Shown here: one piece after another, positions 18,707-29,215 of the stretch | How the letters are laid out: each line of letters begins with the position of its first letter | Position numbering within the stretch: the first letter of the stretch is position 1 | Virus record (IMG/VR): IMGVR_UViG_3300044629_000431 | Span: 82,478-146,477 of that record | Source of the DNA: a virus | Reading direction: 5' to 3' (one strand) | DNA length: 64,000 nucleotides | The notes under the pieces: generated by a model | What the model was told of the DNA's origin: nothing | Databases searched by the model: none | Seen by the model: the letters and a program-made list of their open reading frames with translations, nothing else | Position numbers and translations under genes: made by a program

Positions 18707-19398
18707 TACCCTACTCCATTTTTAAGTTCTTCAACGGTTGCTTTTAATTGATTTATCTGCTCTTGTTGCTCCTTAATTGCTTCGATGAGAAGACCAACTA
18801 GATTTCCATATTGAACACCTTTATACCCATCTGGTCTATTCACAACAACTTCTGGAATAATTTCTTCAACTTCTTGGGCAATAACTCCTATTTGTTTTTG
18901 CTTATTTTCTTTAAAGTCAAACGTGACTCCACGAAGCGCAGATACTTTTTTCAGAGGTTCTTGAATAGTCTCAATATTTTCTTTTAGGTTTTCATCCGAA
19001 GGTAATGACTTACCTAAAGCAAGTTCTGCTTCAAGATCTTTTCCATTAATTTTAACACTTCCAAATAAATTAACATCACCGATATAAGTCATTGACCCTA
19101 CAGACATAGAAAGTCCTGTATGCAATAATGTTGAAAATCCAGCAAGAATACCACCACTTGCAAACAGACTTGGAATGACTGGAATAATGTCAAATGGATT
19201 TTTAATTAGAAAAACACTTCCAGTTTTAATAGTTTGACCTAGAGTAACACTATTACCACCAGTTAAATGATTCTCATTTGCAATTACATTATCCTGAAAG
19301 ATTGACTCCTCAGAATAAGTCTTCTGTTTTCCAGGAATGTTACCACCCTTTAGAATGTCAAAAATTTTAAACAGACTTGTTAAAGCAGAAAAAGACAT
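18706..19398 (-). CDS. Short structural protein with C-terminal peptidase S74 domain
   Basis: SDENLKENI...IGVIAQEVEEIIPEVV...VQYGNLVGLLIEAIKE. Confidence 0.8.
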   Translation of the reverse strand: MSFSALTSLFKIFDILKGGNIPGKQKTYSEESIFQDNVIANENHLTGGNSVTLGQTIKTGSVFLIKNPFDIIPVIPSLFASGGILAGFSTLLHTGLSMSVGSMTYIGDVNLFGSVKINGKDLEAELALGKSLPSDENLKENIETIQEPLKKVSALRGVTFDFKENKQKQIGVIAQEVEEIIPEVVVNRPDGYKGVQYGNLVGLLIEAIKEQQEQINQLKATVEELKNGVG

Positions 19399-19399
19399 A

Positions 19400-19951
19400 T
19401 TATCCTCCTAAAAATTGTTCCGTAATACTACAGTTGCGACTGCGAGCTGCACTTGAACCTACATGAGACTCTTCGAAACATTTCTCTTTAAATGATTCAC
19501 CTTCTGGAAGCATATTACCAGTCTGTGCTTGAAGATTTGCAACGTTTGCGCTAATACCTAGACCGCCGCCTACTTTTATGTTCAAATCTTTTCCTACATT
19601 CATATCTAATGTTCCGTCGCAATCAATTTTAATACGACTACCACGTATTCTAACTTGTCCTGTTTTATCTGCTGTTAAGCAAATATCACCACCAGCAGTC
19701 ATAATCTCAATATCTATGCCTCCACCACTTTTCTTTCCAGCATGTATTTCAATTTTACCATCATTATAAATGCTCATTAAACCACCTTCAGACAAACTTA
19801 CAGAACTCTGCAGTTTATCTGCTGTTACCGCATAAAACTGATATACACCAGTTCCAGTTCCACCCATTATTGGGCTATGCAATGTTAGTTTAACATCGGT
19901 TGAGAAATTAACAAAATCTCTTTTATCCCAGTTCTTTTTTCTTTCTGCCAT
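19400..19951 (-). CDS. gp5 C-terminal-like beta-helix spike protein
   Basis: Beta-repeat pattern (IKIDCDGTLDMNVGKDLNIKVGG); directly follows gp5. Confidence 0.55.
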   Translation of the reverse strand: MAERKKNWDKRDFVNFSTDVKLTLHSPIMGGTGTGVYQFYAVTADKLQSSVSLSEGGLMSIYNDGKIEIHAGKKSGGGIDIEIMTAGGDICLTADKTGQVRIRGSRIKIDCDGTLDMNVGKDLNIKVGGGLGISANVANLQAQTGNMLPEGESFKEKCFEESHVGSSAARSRNCSITEQFLGG

Positions 19952-19952
19952 T

Positions 19953-21977
19953 TTATGTTGTTACACAATCTACAACTTGTTTAACTTCACCTTGTAAATC
20001 TGGTACATCTAGTTTTGGTTTTAAAATAGCACCAACACCAGTTTCTGTGACAACGCTTAAAACTGGTAAAGAAGTAACATTAACCCTATTTATTGGTGTG
20101 ACCTTAACGATGTATCCACTTGCAATTTGAGTTTCATATTCATTTCCTAGATCATCAATGACTTTATCTCCTGGTGAGTATCCACTTCCGGTATTAATTA
20201 CAGATACATCGGACACGATATATGGTTGTTCTACAGCAGGGTAGTTCTCACCCTCTGAAACAATGTAGATAGAGTTTACTTGACCATCCTTAATTGTCGC
20301 TCTAGCAACAGCACCATATCCTTGGTTGCAACTGTCGGTAATTTCTACGAATGGGGGATAAACATAACCAGAACCAGGATTGGTCATTTTAACTCCTATG
20401 ATTCCTCCTGTTACACCACCATTTGCGGCATCAACAATATTACCAAGTAAAGGAATTCCAGAAGCACCGCTTCCACCGCCACCAAAGATATTGATTGTTG
20501 GAGGACCACAGAACTGAGGAATACCAGCAAAACAATCGCTGATACCACTAAAGTCTGGTGATGAAATACCTGCATTGAAAATATCAAATGCACCGACGAT
20601 TTGCGATACACCTTCGATTGGATTACCTGCTCCAGTCTGTGCATCTGCAATTGAAAATGCAGTATTTGCAAGTTCAAGAATTGAATTGATATCAGTTACT
20701 TTTGGCATCTTTGTTCCATATCCAACAATCCATTCTTTCGTATCATTATCATCTTCATCTTCTTCACATTTAGGAATACCAAGCATTCCCAAGAATGACT
20801 CTCCAGTGTTGCGTAAAAAGTCTTCCGTATTAAATCCACCAACATATTTAAGAATAGATTGTAATCCACCAATAGCAGACTGAAGACCAGTTGCAATCTG
20901 ACCAATAATGCTGTTCATTATTGATCCCATAAATTGCTCCGCAACACAAGACACAAAGTTAGCAATATTATCAACGATTGCATACAACATTTGTCTAATG
21001 ATATTACCAATAGACTTAATGATACTTTCTATCAAACAAGGAATTCTTTTTTCAAGTTCACATATTACAGGAATCATTGCTTTCTCTGCAAGTTCACCTG
21101 CTTTGTTTGCAGTTGTTGGGTTTAGTGTTGCAGCAAATACTAGACCATAAACTGTAGAATAAAGAATTTTAAGACCTGCTTTAATGAGGGGGATAAGTGC
21201 TTTGAATACTGCATTAACTGCACCACCAACTTGCTGACTAACAATATCCTCTAACTGCTTTACACGAAAATCAATTTCTTGTTTTAACCATTCTCTTGCT
21301 TCCTCAATACCATTAGCAATCTTATCTTCAAACTCTGCATAGTCTTTTAAAAAATTGCCAAGAGCATTTTCAATCTTATCAAGAGTAGAAGGTTTTTTAG
21401 TTGCATTTAATACTTTATCACCAATTGCATCAGAAAGACCAACGGCACCCTTTCCACCAGCAGATTCTACTTGACTTTTCTGTAGAGCAACTGGTGATGG
21501 TTGAGATGTTGAAGACTGTTCGTTTGTGTTTCCACCTAGTATCTGAGATGTTGCTCCATCAGGTGGTTTGATATCATTTGTAAACCCAGTAAATGGAATA
21601 AAAGGTCCCGAATATGCTTTTTCTGGTTTATATGCAGTATGACCAAATGCACCGACAATTACAGGAACTTGAGCATTGTCCCCATCCATAAAAAATCCAA
21701 ATACCACATCTCCAGGTGCGACACGAACTTTTTGTGCCGAACCTTGACCACCAGTTCCTGCGGTCATTGGTAATACTATTTGTGCCCAAGGAAGATCTTC
21801 ATCTTTTAGTTCAACCGTATTTGCGGGATGATATCCCATAATACGGACCTTAGCCCTATTTCCCCACCCTTTACCATCTTTTTGGTCAGCCCATACCTCT
21901 TTAAGTGCTACTTGACCAATCCACCAACGGAATCCATCTCTACCAATAAAATTAGATTTTAATAAGGACTCTTCCAT
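19953..21977 (-). CDS. gp5: Baseplate hub subunit gp5 (OB-fold N-terminus)
   Basis: FIGRDGFRWWIGQV...RAKVRIMGYHP...DLPWA...VFGFFMDGDNAQVPVIVG. Confidence 0.85.
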   Translation of the reverse strand: MEESLLKSNFIGRDGFRWWIGQVALKEVWADQKDGKGWGNRAKVRIMGYHPANTVELKDEDLPWAQIVLPMTAGTGGQGSAQKVRVAPGDVVFGFFMDGDNAQVPVIVGAFGHTAYKPEKAYSGPFIPFTGFTNDIKPPDGATSQILGGNTNEQSSTSQPSPVALQKSQVESAGGKGAVGLSDAIGDKVLNATKKPSTLDKIENALGNFLKDYAEFEDKIANGIEEAREWLKQEIDFRVKQLEDIVSQQVGGAVNAVFKALIPLIKAGLKILYSTVYGLVFAATLNPTTANKAGELAEKAMIPVICELEKRIPCLIESIIKSIGNIIRQMLYAIVDNIANFVSCVAEQFMGSIMNSIIGQIATGLQSAIGGLQSILKYVGGFNTEDFLRNTGESFLGMLGIPKCEEDEDDNDTKEWIVGYGTKMPKVTDINSILELANTAFSIADAQTGAGNPIEGVSQIVGAFDIFNAGISSPDFSGISDCFAGIPQFCGPPTINIFGGGGSGASGIPLLGNIVDAANGGVTGGIIGVKMTNPGSGYVYPPFVEITDSCNQGYGAVARATIKDGQVNSIYIVSEGENYPAVEQPYIVSDVSVINTGSGYSPGDKVIDDLGNEYETQIASGYIVKVTPINRVNVTSLPVLSVVTETGVGAILKPKLDVPDLQGEVKQVVDCVTT

Positions 21978-23275
21978 TAGTTGTTATTTTTTCCGTATTT
22001 TCCAAATGTATCTCTAATCAGTTTCATAGATGTGAATGATCCATCTAGGTCAAAGTGATGACAGAGTTCTTTTATCATATATAGACCGCTTTGCTCTTCG
22101 TCAAAAACATTTTTATCAGAGTCTGTAATTTTTGGAATCTGACAGTTAATTAAATCTCCCGCTCTTAAGTTTGTATTTAACGGAACAGTCATACTTACAG
22201 TTTGAGTAAACATAATATTATATCTCATAATTGCTTGAGACTGATATTCAAATGGATTTGCATTTGGTTCCGTAGATATACCCTGATCCATTGTCCCAAT
22301 ATCAAGAACTTGAGTAATAATTCGAGTAGGAAGATTTCCTAAGTTTCCTGGTAGATTGAGGTTTGCTTGACCAAGATTTTTAGTTTTACCAACATAATTT
22401 TCTAGTTTAAATATTGCCTGACTTTGAGGAGTAAATGTTCCATCTAGAGGATTGAAAAACATTCTATAACTTGAATATGTTCCCAGTCTAAGTTTTTCTA
22501 TTAGGTTTTGGTTTCTTTCAGTTGTATAATCAATAATTGCAAAGTCATTATTTCTAAAGAAGTCAGACTCATTTGGTCCATAGTAAGTATAAGTTGCTTT
22601 TGACTCTGCCTGAATTAAATTATCAATGGCACGAAACTGAAATCCATCTTGTGTTTGGTAAAAGAAAAAACCAGCAGTTGCACTACCCGATGAATCTGGA
22701 ACTGCCTTAGACGCTAACCAAACCAATACAGTAAATGGTTTTCTTAAATTTCCAATAAAGGCATATTTGTTTGAGGTTTTATCAATTGTTCCTACTTTTG
22801 TTGCCTTAAGTTTATCATTTAATATTTGAGTTACTGCACTATCAATAGAAGTTCCTGGAGAAAACTTTCCACCGACTCTTGAAGTTTCATTTGTAATTGC
22901 TTCTCTTGAAACTAAGTGTAGTTGGAATACTTCTCGTTGACTTTGACTGATAACGTTTGAAATACTAGAAACATGAAGTAGATCGTCTGGTTTAGAAAAA
23001 TCTAGATCTGGATTTGTTGGCGAGTTTCCACCTATTTTTAACGCAAGTCTTTCGCCACCACGCAAGGGAAGACCATTATAAATTGACTGAAGTTCCCCAC
23101 TTTTACCTCTGATACTTCCACCGGTGTCCATTACAACTATTTTTGCAGTCACAGTTGGTGAGAATACATCTTCATAATAGTCAATAGAATATGTTCCAAG
23201 TCTAATGTCAACCGTCTTTGACTGATCCGTAGATTCTAGTATGAGTTTTTCGTATAGAGATCTTTTAGTTGACAT
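21977..23275 (-). CDS. Baseplate hub protein (gp27-like)
   Basis: YYEDVFSPTVTA..., FFFYQTQDGFQF, SGLYMIKELCHHF...KLIRD; position upstream of gp5. Confidence 0.6.
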   Translation of the reverse strand: MSTKRSLYEKLILESTDQSKTVDIRLGTYSIDYYEDVFSPTVTAKIVVMDTGGSIRGKSGELQSIYNGLPLRGGERLALKIGGNSPTNPDLDFSKPDDLLHVSSISNVISQSQREVFQLHLVSREAITNETSRVGGKFSPGTSIDSAVTQILNDKLKATKVGTIDKTSNKYAFIGNLRKPFTVLVWLASKAVPDSSGSATAGFFFYQTQDGFQFRAIDNLIQAESKATYTYYGPNESDFFRNNDFAIIDYTTERNQNLIEKLRLGTYSSYRMFFNPLDGTFTPQSQAIFKLENYVGKTKNLGQANLNLPGNLGNLPTRIITQVLDIGTMDQGISTEPNANPFEYQSQAIMRYNIMFTQTVSMTVPLNTNLRAGDLINCQIPKITDSDKNVFDEEQSGLYMIKELCHHFDLDGSFTSMKLIRDTFGKYGKNNN

Positions 23276-25200
23276 TAGGTATAAGCAAGCTCCAACAACA
23301 TTCTTTGTTTGATAAGACTATTTAAGCTTGGTCCAGCAATAATAATTGGAGACCCCTCACCAGAACCGGTCATCATTGCTGGATTCTGATATAACTGTGG
23401 TGGAGCGGCAACAACCAATGTTTTTCCACTAGACTCCGGAGTAATACCATCAGATACTGTTGCTCCTTGTCTTCTTCCAGTTATTTGTGCTGGAACTGCT
23501 GTTGTGTTTCCAGGAGCATTAAAAGCAGCCTTGTTTGGTTGATTTGTGAGTAATAAAAGTGGAACATAAGGTGATGGATCAGCATCACTTCCATAACCCA
23601 TTTTTCCTTTTTGTCTTGTGTATTCAAGATGAATGTGAGGACCACTTGAACGACCACTGCTTCCAACTTGAGCAAATGACCTGCCTGCTTTCATTGTGGT
23701 AAACGCTCTCGGTTTTGCAAGCAAATGACCTAAACGAAGTTGGACTCCATATGAAGGAACCCATACATCTACAACGTGTCCATATCCACCATCATCCCAA
23801 CGATATCCAACCCACTCACAATCAACTCTCAATGCAATCCAAGTTCCAGAAGGACACGCAATATCAAGACCCAAGTGTCCAGGTCTATCTGGGTCCTTAA
23901 ATGAATCTGTGATTTGAATGAAAGGAACTCCTCTTCCAATGGATTGAGTCAATACATCTCCACTCACTAATGGTCTAGAACCAAGTCCACCAGGAGTTGC
24001 AGGTGGTGCTGGAGTTGTTTGTGCTGGTGGTGCAGTTGGTGTTCTACCTTTTAAATTTTTATAGGCATCAAGAATCTTATCCCCATGCGCCTTTCCACTA
24101 GTTCCATTTACATCTCTACTATTTGGATAATCACCACCAGTTAAATGATAAACTCCGAACTTTTGAACTAAAAAGAACTCATCAGCATTTGGGTATTTTC
24201 TTTTTATTTGAGTTAAAGTATTTTGTGCGTGAGTTGCAAATAAAGCATCTTGATCTTTTGGTGGAAAATATTTTATTAACTGTTGAGCAGCAGAACGATC
24301 TCCACTTAAAGATCTGTTTATTAAAGACTGTACTTGTGCTTTATTATTACCCGCATTTTTCAATAAAATTTGTTGGGTATCATTTCTTCCAGTCATAAAC
24401 TGGTATCTTCCCAATCCGTGACCAAGATACGTCGTTGGACCTACAGATCCATAGTTTCCTTCTGCTTTAGAAGTTGCATCAGCAAGAGCTTTTAGATTGA
24501 CTCCATAAGAAGTTCCAGTTGGACCACCTGGTGCTGATGGGGGAGTTGGTTGTCCTGTAGTTGGTGCTGGTTGCTGCTCTTCTTCACCAAAATCAAATGG
24601 TTGAACTAGAATATTAATTGCATTAAAAAAATCAACTTCCATTCTACTGAAAGTTGTTCTGACCCTCGACAACGAAGCATCGATTTGCTTACCCATATCA
24701 GAAAAATCAAAAGCAATTAAGTTACGAATAAATGCTGATGAAAGTGTTCCTATTTCTCGAAATATTGAAAGGGTATTCCCCATGAAATTAGACATCGTTC
24801 CAGATATCTTTACGATTCTTTCCCCTAGTTGTTTAGATAATGAAATAATAGTTGGTAAGTTTATAACTGCCCAACCAACCATTGTAATTGCAATGGCATC
24901 AAGTATTCTACCCAAAAATCCTTTGGTTGAGTTTGTGACTGCTCTACCTACACTTCTTATAGAACCAGTTGATCTTGATGCTTCAAATAGGTCTCTTTGT
25001 TGTTTTCTGCGAATACCGTCTTTTCTTTTTTGATAAATGCTTTGTCTTTTCGCAATAGACTGTCTTTTAAAAACAGACTGTTGTTGTAAAGTTCTTCCAA
25101 CACTTTTTGCAATACTATTACTCTGCTTTGATCTCTTTTCAAGATTATCTGTTGACTTGAACAGTTTATTCGAAGTAACTTTAATGAATGAAACGCTCAT
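23275..25200 (-). CDS. Tail-associated protein with lysozyme-like domain and M23 metallopeptidase domain
   Basis: AEGNY...GLGRYQFM; HLGLDI...GHL...GRSSGPHIHLE (HxxxD/HxH). Confidence 0.75.
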   Translation of the reverse strand: MSVSFIKVTSNKLFKSTDNLEKRSKQSNSIAKSVGRTLQQQSVFKRQSIAKRQSIYQKRKDGIRRKQQRDLFEASRSTGSIRSVGRAVTNSTKGFLGRILDAIAITMVGWAVINLPTIISLSKQLGERIVKISGTMSNFMGNTLSIFREIGTLSSAFIRNLIAFDFSDMGKQIDASLSRVRTTFSRMEVDFFNAINILVQPFDFGEEEQQPAPTTGQPTPPSAPGGPTGTSYGVNLKALADATSKAEGNYGSVGPTTYLGHGLGRYQFMTGRNDTQQILLKNAGNNKAQVQSLINRSLSGDRSAAQQLIKYFPPKDQDALFATHAQNTLTQIKRKYPNADEFFLVQKFGVYHLTGGDYPNSRDVNGTSGKAHGDKILDAYKNLKGRTPTAPPAQTTPAPPATPGGLGSRPLVSGDVLTQSIGRGVPFIQITDSFKDPDRPGHLGLDIACPSGTWIALRVDCEWVGYRWDDGGYGHVVDVWVPSYGVQLRLGHLLAKPRAFTTMKAGRSFAQVGSSGRSSGPHIHLEYTRQKGKMGYGSDADPSPYVPLLLLTNQPNKAAFNAPGNTTAVPAQITGRRQGATVSDGITPESSGKTLVVAAPPQLYQNPAMMTGSGEGSPIIIAGPSLNSLIKQRMLLELAYT

Positions 25201-25201
25201 C

Positions 25202-26557
25202 TTATGCTACCACGTTATAGTTTGCCATCGAATAATACACGTAGAAATTATCAGGATTTGACGAAGAAATAGATGGAATATTATTTGCGACTGGGTTCAT
25301 GTTTGCAGGCACATCTCTTGGTTGCTGTTGCTGTCCTGCAGTCACAACGACGGTTGTTTCTGGTTCAGGAGCTGGACCAAGATTTTGTGCTCTAACTAAT
25401 GCAGGAGATGCAGTTGTTTGAACATTTGCTTGAACGGTCGCTGCAGCGTCAGACATTCCTGCCATAGTATATCTGGATGCATCTAATGCACCTTCTGGAA
25501 GATTAAATCCAGCCATTGTGCCAGAAGCTTTAGTAAAGAGATCTTGTCCTAAGTTATTAAGAGGAGAATATAAAGCAAATCCACCCAGTAGTTTAAGTGG
25601 TAATGGTAAGAATGGTATTTTTGAAAGTGCGGTTAGACCTGCTACTGCTGTTCCAGCACCCATAACTGCTTGTCCTGCAGGAACTCCAGAAGCAATATTA
25701 GCAGCAGTTCCAGCAGTTCCTTGCACAAATGGATTTTGAAACAGATTTCCAACTGACCTAAGCATCTGTCCCATTTGAGAAGATGGAGTTGCTGCTATTC
25801 CACTTGTTGGTGCTGCAGCAGGTGGTGGTGGATTTGTTGTGCCAGGACGAACAATGTTTCTAATATTATCTATTGTCCCCTGTGCAGCATTTTTTACAAC
25901 TTGAAAAGGATATTTGAATAGTCCGTTTGCAATTGCTTGCGAGATTCTAGATGTGGTTCTAGTGATTGATCCAACAATTCCTGCAAGACCCGTGTAGATA
26001 TTTCTGAATACATTTCCGGCAAGATTAAAACCTTTACCTACTTGGTTTTTAACTCCATTTAAAGCATCAGTCGTAAACTTAACTGCAGATGCAATACCAC
26101 CAATAACTTTTGGTGCTAACCATCCAGTCAATAATAAGGTAAAGAATCCCATCAAACGGGAAAGAGAAGACTGCGCTTTGACTGCAGCTTTTTGTGCTGG
26201 CGCAACAGTTGCATTCTCAATCTTTCTTTCGACTAATGCTTCTTGACCTTCCCTGAGTTGTTGCTCTGCGACTCTTCTTTCTCTTTCTTGCTCTATCGCT
26301 TCTTTCTGTCTTTCTAGAAAGGAATTTTGTGTAACCGATGCAGAAACAGTTTGCAATGACTGACTTAGACCAACCATTTGTCCGGTGATACGGTCAAGTC
26401 TAATATTCAAACCACCAACTAAATTTGAAACAGAAGACATTAACTGCTGTCTTTCTTGCTGTCTTTCTATTTCAATAGCACCACTCATCTGTCTAGGAGA
26501 AACCATTCCCCTAGCACTATTGATTCCACCTAAGATGGGTGATGCCAGTTCAGCCAT
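25202..26557 (-). CDS. Hypothetical tail/baseplate protein (tape-measure-like)
   Basis: 451 aa, helical, Ala/Gly-rich; located in the hub operon. Confidence 0.55.
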   Translation of the reverse strand: MAELASPILGGINSARGMVSPRQMSGAIEIERQQERQQLMSSVSNLVGGLNIRLDRITGQMVGLSQSLQTVSASVTQNSFLERQKEAIEQERERRVAEQQLREGQEALVERKIENATVAPAQKAAVKAQSSLSRLMGFFTLLLTGWLAPKVIGGIASAVKFTTDALNGVKNQVGKGFNLAGNVFRNIYTGLAGIVGSITRTTSRISQAIANGLFKYPFQVVKNAAQGTIDNIRNIVRPGTTNPPPPAAAPTSGIAATPSSQMGQMLRSVGNLFQNPFVQGTAGTAANIASGVPAGQAVMGAGTAVAGLTALSKIPFLPLPLKLLGGFALYSPLNNLGQDLFTKASGTMAGFNLPEGALDASRYTMAGMSDAAATVQANVQTTASPALVRAQNLGPAPEPETTVVVTAGQQQQPRDVPANMNPVANNIPSISSSNPDNFYVYYSMANYNVVA

Positions 26558-26723
26558 TTACTTTGTTTTTAAGATTTTCTTCTTCTATGAAATTATGGAG
26601 AAGAGAAACATAAACTTCTCTTTCCCAAGGTATCATATTTTCAAGTTCTGTCAATGAGTATTTATGATGCTGAATCAAGGCAAAGTTGGTTTTGAAGTAT
26701 GACTCAAGACTTTCATGAGCCAT
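26550..26723 (-). CDS. gp51: Baseplate hub assembly catalyst gp51 (57 aa)
   Basis: Hand-translated MAHESLESYFKTNFALIQHHKYSLTELENMIPWEREVYVSLL... Confidence 0.85.
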   Translation of the reverse strand: MAHESLESYFKTNFALIQHHKYSLTELENMIPWEREVYVSLLHNFIEEENLKNKVNG

Positions 26724-26725
26724 AC

Positions 26726-27448
26726 TTACCCGAAAAAAGCCGTTAAACCCTCCAAGACAACATCACTCTCTACACCAGTGTTTGGATTCTTAACCGTAAG
26801 TGTGTGAGAAAGTTTTGGCATTGTTTCAAAGAACTTTTCAATTTCTTTGAATTGCTTTGAACTCAGTCCTTCTAAAAATTCTAGAAGTTCTTTTTTAGAG
26901 TAGTCGGAGGCACTCCAAGATTCTTCTTCATTATAAATCTGCTCTACGCAAGTTGAAATAAGATCAAATGTTTCATCTACAGTTACAGAACTACCATCTA
27001 CGCTAAAGTTACTCTTAATGAACTCAGTCATTGAAGGATACTTCATTCTCAAACTTAGATTATCATCTAGTTTAATATCTTTGGTGTGTTCTGAACTGAT
27101 TTGAACTTTGATTTCATCCAGAGTAATCAAAGTTGGAACTTGAGTCATTCCGTCATCAGGACAAGTAATTAAGACTTCAATATCTTCTCCAACAGACTTT
27201 CCGCGAATGTTCAAGAAAAGATATTCAATATCAAAAGTAGAAAGTTCATCTACTTTGATACCTTTGGTTAAAATACAGTTCGTAATTACGTCCTTAACCG
27301 CTCTTGCAATTTGCTTTGGATCCTCACTCTCCATTGCAATAATGAGAATCTTTTCTTCTTTGACTAGAAAAGGACGATACTTAACTTTCTTTTTATTTGA
27401 AGGCAACTCAAGTTCATAAGTTGGAGTCGCAATTGTTGGTAAAGGCAT
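26726..27448 (-). CDS. gp26: Baseplate hub subunit gp26
   Basis: MPLPTIATPTYELELPS...YRPFLVKEEKIL...FDIEYLFLNIRGKSVGE. Confidence 0.9.
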   Translation of the reverse strand: MPLPTIATPTYELELPSNKKKVKYRPFLVKEEKILIIAMESEDPKQIARAVKDVITNCILTKGIKVDELSTFDIEYLFLNIRGKSVGEDIEVLITCPDDGMTQVPTLITLDEIKVQISSEHTKDIKLDDNLSLRMKYPSMTEFIKSNFSVDGSSVTVDETFDLISTCVEQIYNEEESWSASDYSKKELLEFLEGLSSKQFKEIEKFFETMPKLSHTLTVKNPNTGVESDVVLEGLTAFFG

Positions 27449-27484
27449 AATATCCTATAAAGTTCAGTTATTTTTATTTAGAGG

Positions 27485-28324
27485 TTATTGCTGAGGTCCA
27501 GACATACCAACAGAGTTCCACTGGTTTACCGGAACAATACCACTTGCATTATTTGCTTCGGTGACAGTATTATATTGATTTGCATCATAAGCACCAACTC
27601 CACCACCATAAAAACCAGGTGATACTGGGCGGAAAGATGGTCTGGTTACATTTCCAGTATCATTAGAATTTAAGAAGCTTGTCTTCTGACCAGAAACTTT
27701 GTTATTATCCGATCCAACATAAACACTATAACTGGTTGTCTTACCACAAACATACCTATCAAAGTTAAAAGATGCGGTAACTTTTAAAATATCCGAGTTT
27801 GCATATGAAACTGGAACGGAGTTCATTGCAATGGGAAACATACCATAAAAAGTGTATTCAATTTGTTGATTATAATTTCTATCAAATTTAATAATACGAG
27901 TTGCATCAGTTTTGTATTCTTGAGGATATCTCATTCTGAAAAAATATCCATCTCTTGCTGGAGATACACCAGAACCAAAAGAAATAAACTCAATCCAATG
28001 CTCTACAAACTTCAGTGCTTTATAAGATGCATCAACATAAAACTCAAGATCAATTTGAGTAAACAAACGAGTATGAGCAAACTTCTCAACCACACCCATG
28101 TAGTTTCCTGCAATATCTGCTGTTCCAAAAGAACTTCCTGGTAGAACTGCAGAACTACAGAGCAATCCCATACTTTCCCCAATGAAGTTGGCATCTAGAC
28201 CTCTATATGCTAGGTGACCTCTTAATGGAGCAGATAAACCAGCAAAGACTACTTCATAATGAGAAGTTTGTGCTAGGTTAGTTATCAGAGGTTTGATATC
28301 TGATATCCTTCTGGGAGTAGGCAC
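27485..28324 (-). CDS. Tail tube / baseplate-tube initiator (gp19/gp54-like)
   Basis: LCSSAVLPG, IDLEFYVD, FPIAMNSVPVSY tube-fold motifs. Confidence 0.65.
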   Translation of the reverse strand: MPTPRRISDIKPLITNLAQTSHYEVVFAGLSAPLRGHLAYRGLDANFIGESMGLLCSSAVLPGSSFGTADIAGNYMGVVEKFAHTRLFTQIDLEFYVDASYKALKFVEHWIEFISFGSGVSPARDGYFFRMRYPQEYKTDATRIIKFDRNYNQQIEYTFYGMFPIAMNSVPVSYANSDILKVTASFNFDRYVCGKTTSYSVYVGSDNNKVSGQKTSFLNSNDTGNVTRPSFRPVSPGFYGGGVGAYDANQYNTVTEANNASGIVPVNQWNSVGMSGPQQ

Positions 28325-28361
28325 TCTAAATATCTTATATGGAATTGTTATAGTTATTTAG

Positions 28362-28799
28362 ATGTCGTATAGGGGAAAATATAAACCGTCTTATCCGAAC
28401 AAATATAAGGGAGATCCCACAAACATTGTCTATCGCTCTTTGTGGGAAAGAAAATTTATGGTTTATTGTGACACTAATACAAACATTTTAGAATGGGGTT
28501 CTGAAGAAATGTTTATTTGGTATCGTTCCCCTATCGACTCAAAACCTCATAGATATTTCCCAGACTTCTATATCAAAGTTAAAGAAAGCACCGGTCATAT
28601 TAAAAAGTATCTGATTGAAATTAAACCACATAAACAGACTGCGCCTCCACCAAAACCTCAAAGGCAAACTAAAAAATATCTTTATGAGGCATATGAGTAT
28701 GCTAAAAATCAGGCAAAGTGGGAAGCAGCAAAAGAATGGTGCGCTGATCGTGGATATGAGTTCAAAGTTCTCACAGAAAACGAACTTGGTATCAAGTAA
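28362..28799 (+). CDS. gp4: Head completion nuclease gp4
   Basis: KYKGDPTNIVYRSLWERKFM...HRYFPDF...EIKP...NQAKWEAA. Confidence 0.92.
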   Translation: MSYRGKYKPSYPNKYKGDPTNIVYRSLWERKFMVYCDTNTNILEWGSEEMFIWYRSPIDSKPHRYFPDFYIKVKESTGHIKKYLIEIKPHKQTAPPPKPQRQTKKYLYEAYEYAKNQAKWEAAKEWCADRGYEFKVLTENELGIK

Positions 28800-29206
28800 T
28801 GCCTAGAAAAAGTCTCAAAGAAAGACAGCAAAAAAAAGTTACAGATACTGATCGTAACCGTAACCGAGTTCGTCCTGTTCTTGATGGCATTATTGGAAAT
28901 GAAGATCCAGACGACTTGATGCTTGAGTTACTTGAAGTCATTCAAGAGTCTCCTAAAGTTCCAACTCCTGGTAAGTTTTATATTTTTGTTTATCGCCCTA
29001 AAACTCCAAATATTCAATACGATCAAAATCCCTTTGTTGCCGTGACAGATGTTTTTCAATGGGGATTTCGTGGCATTAACTTTCACTGGGGAGAAACAAG
29101 ACAATATACGTGGGATGAGATACCTGGAAAAATATACGAAGTCTTCCCATCCGAAGTCAAAGACTTGCAAGAGATACCATTTCAAAATATTAGACTAAAT
29201 AGTTAA
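28799..29206 (+). CDS. DNA end protector gp2-like protein
   Basis: GKFYIFVY.PKT...YDQNP...GFRGINFH. Confidence 0.6.
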   Translation: MPRKSLKERQQKKVTDTDRNRNRVRPVLDGIIGNEDPDDLMLELLEVIQESPKVPTPGKFYIFVYRPKTPNIQYDQNPFVAVTDVFQWGFRGINFHWGETRQYTWDEIPGKIYEVFPSEVKDLQEIPFQNIRLNS

Positions 29207-29215
29207 AAAAGGATA

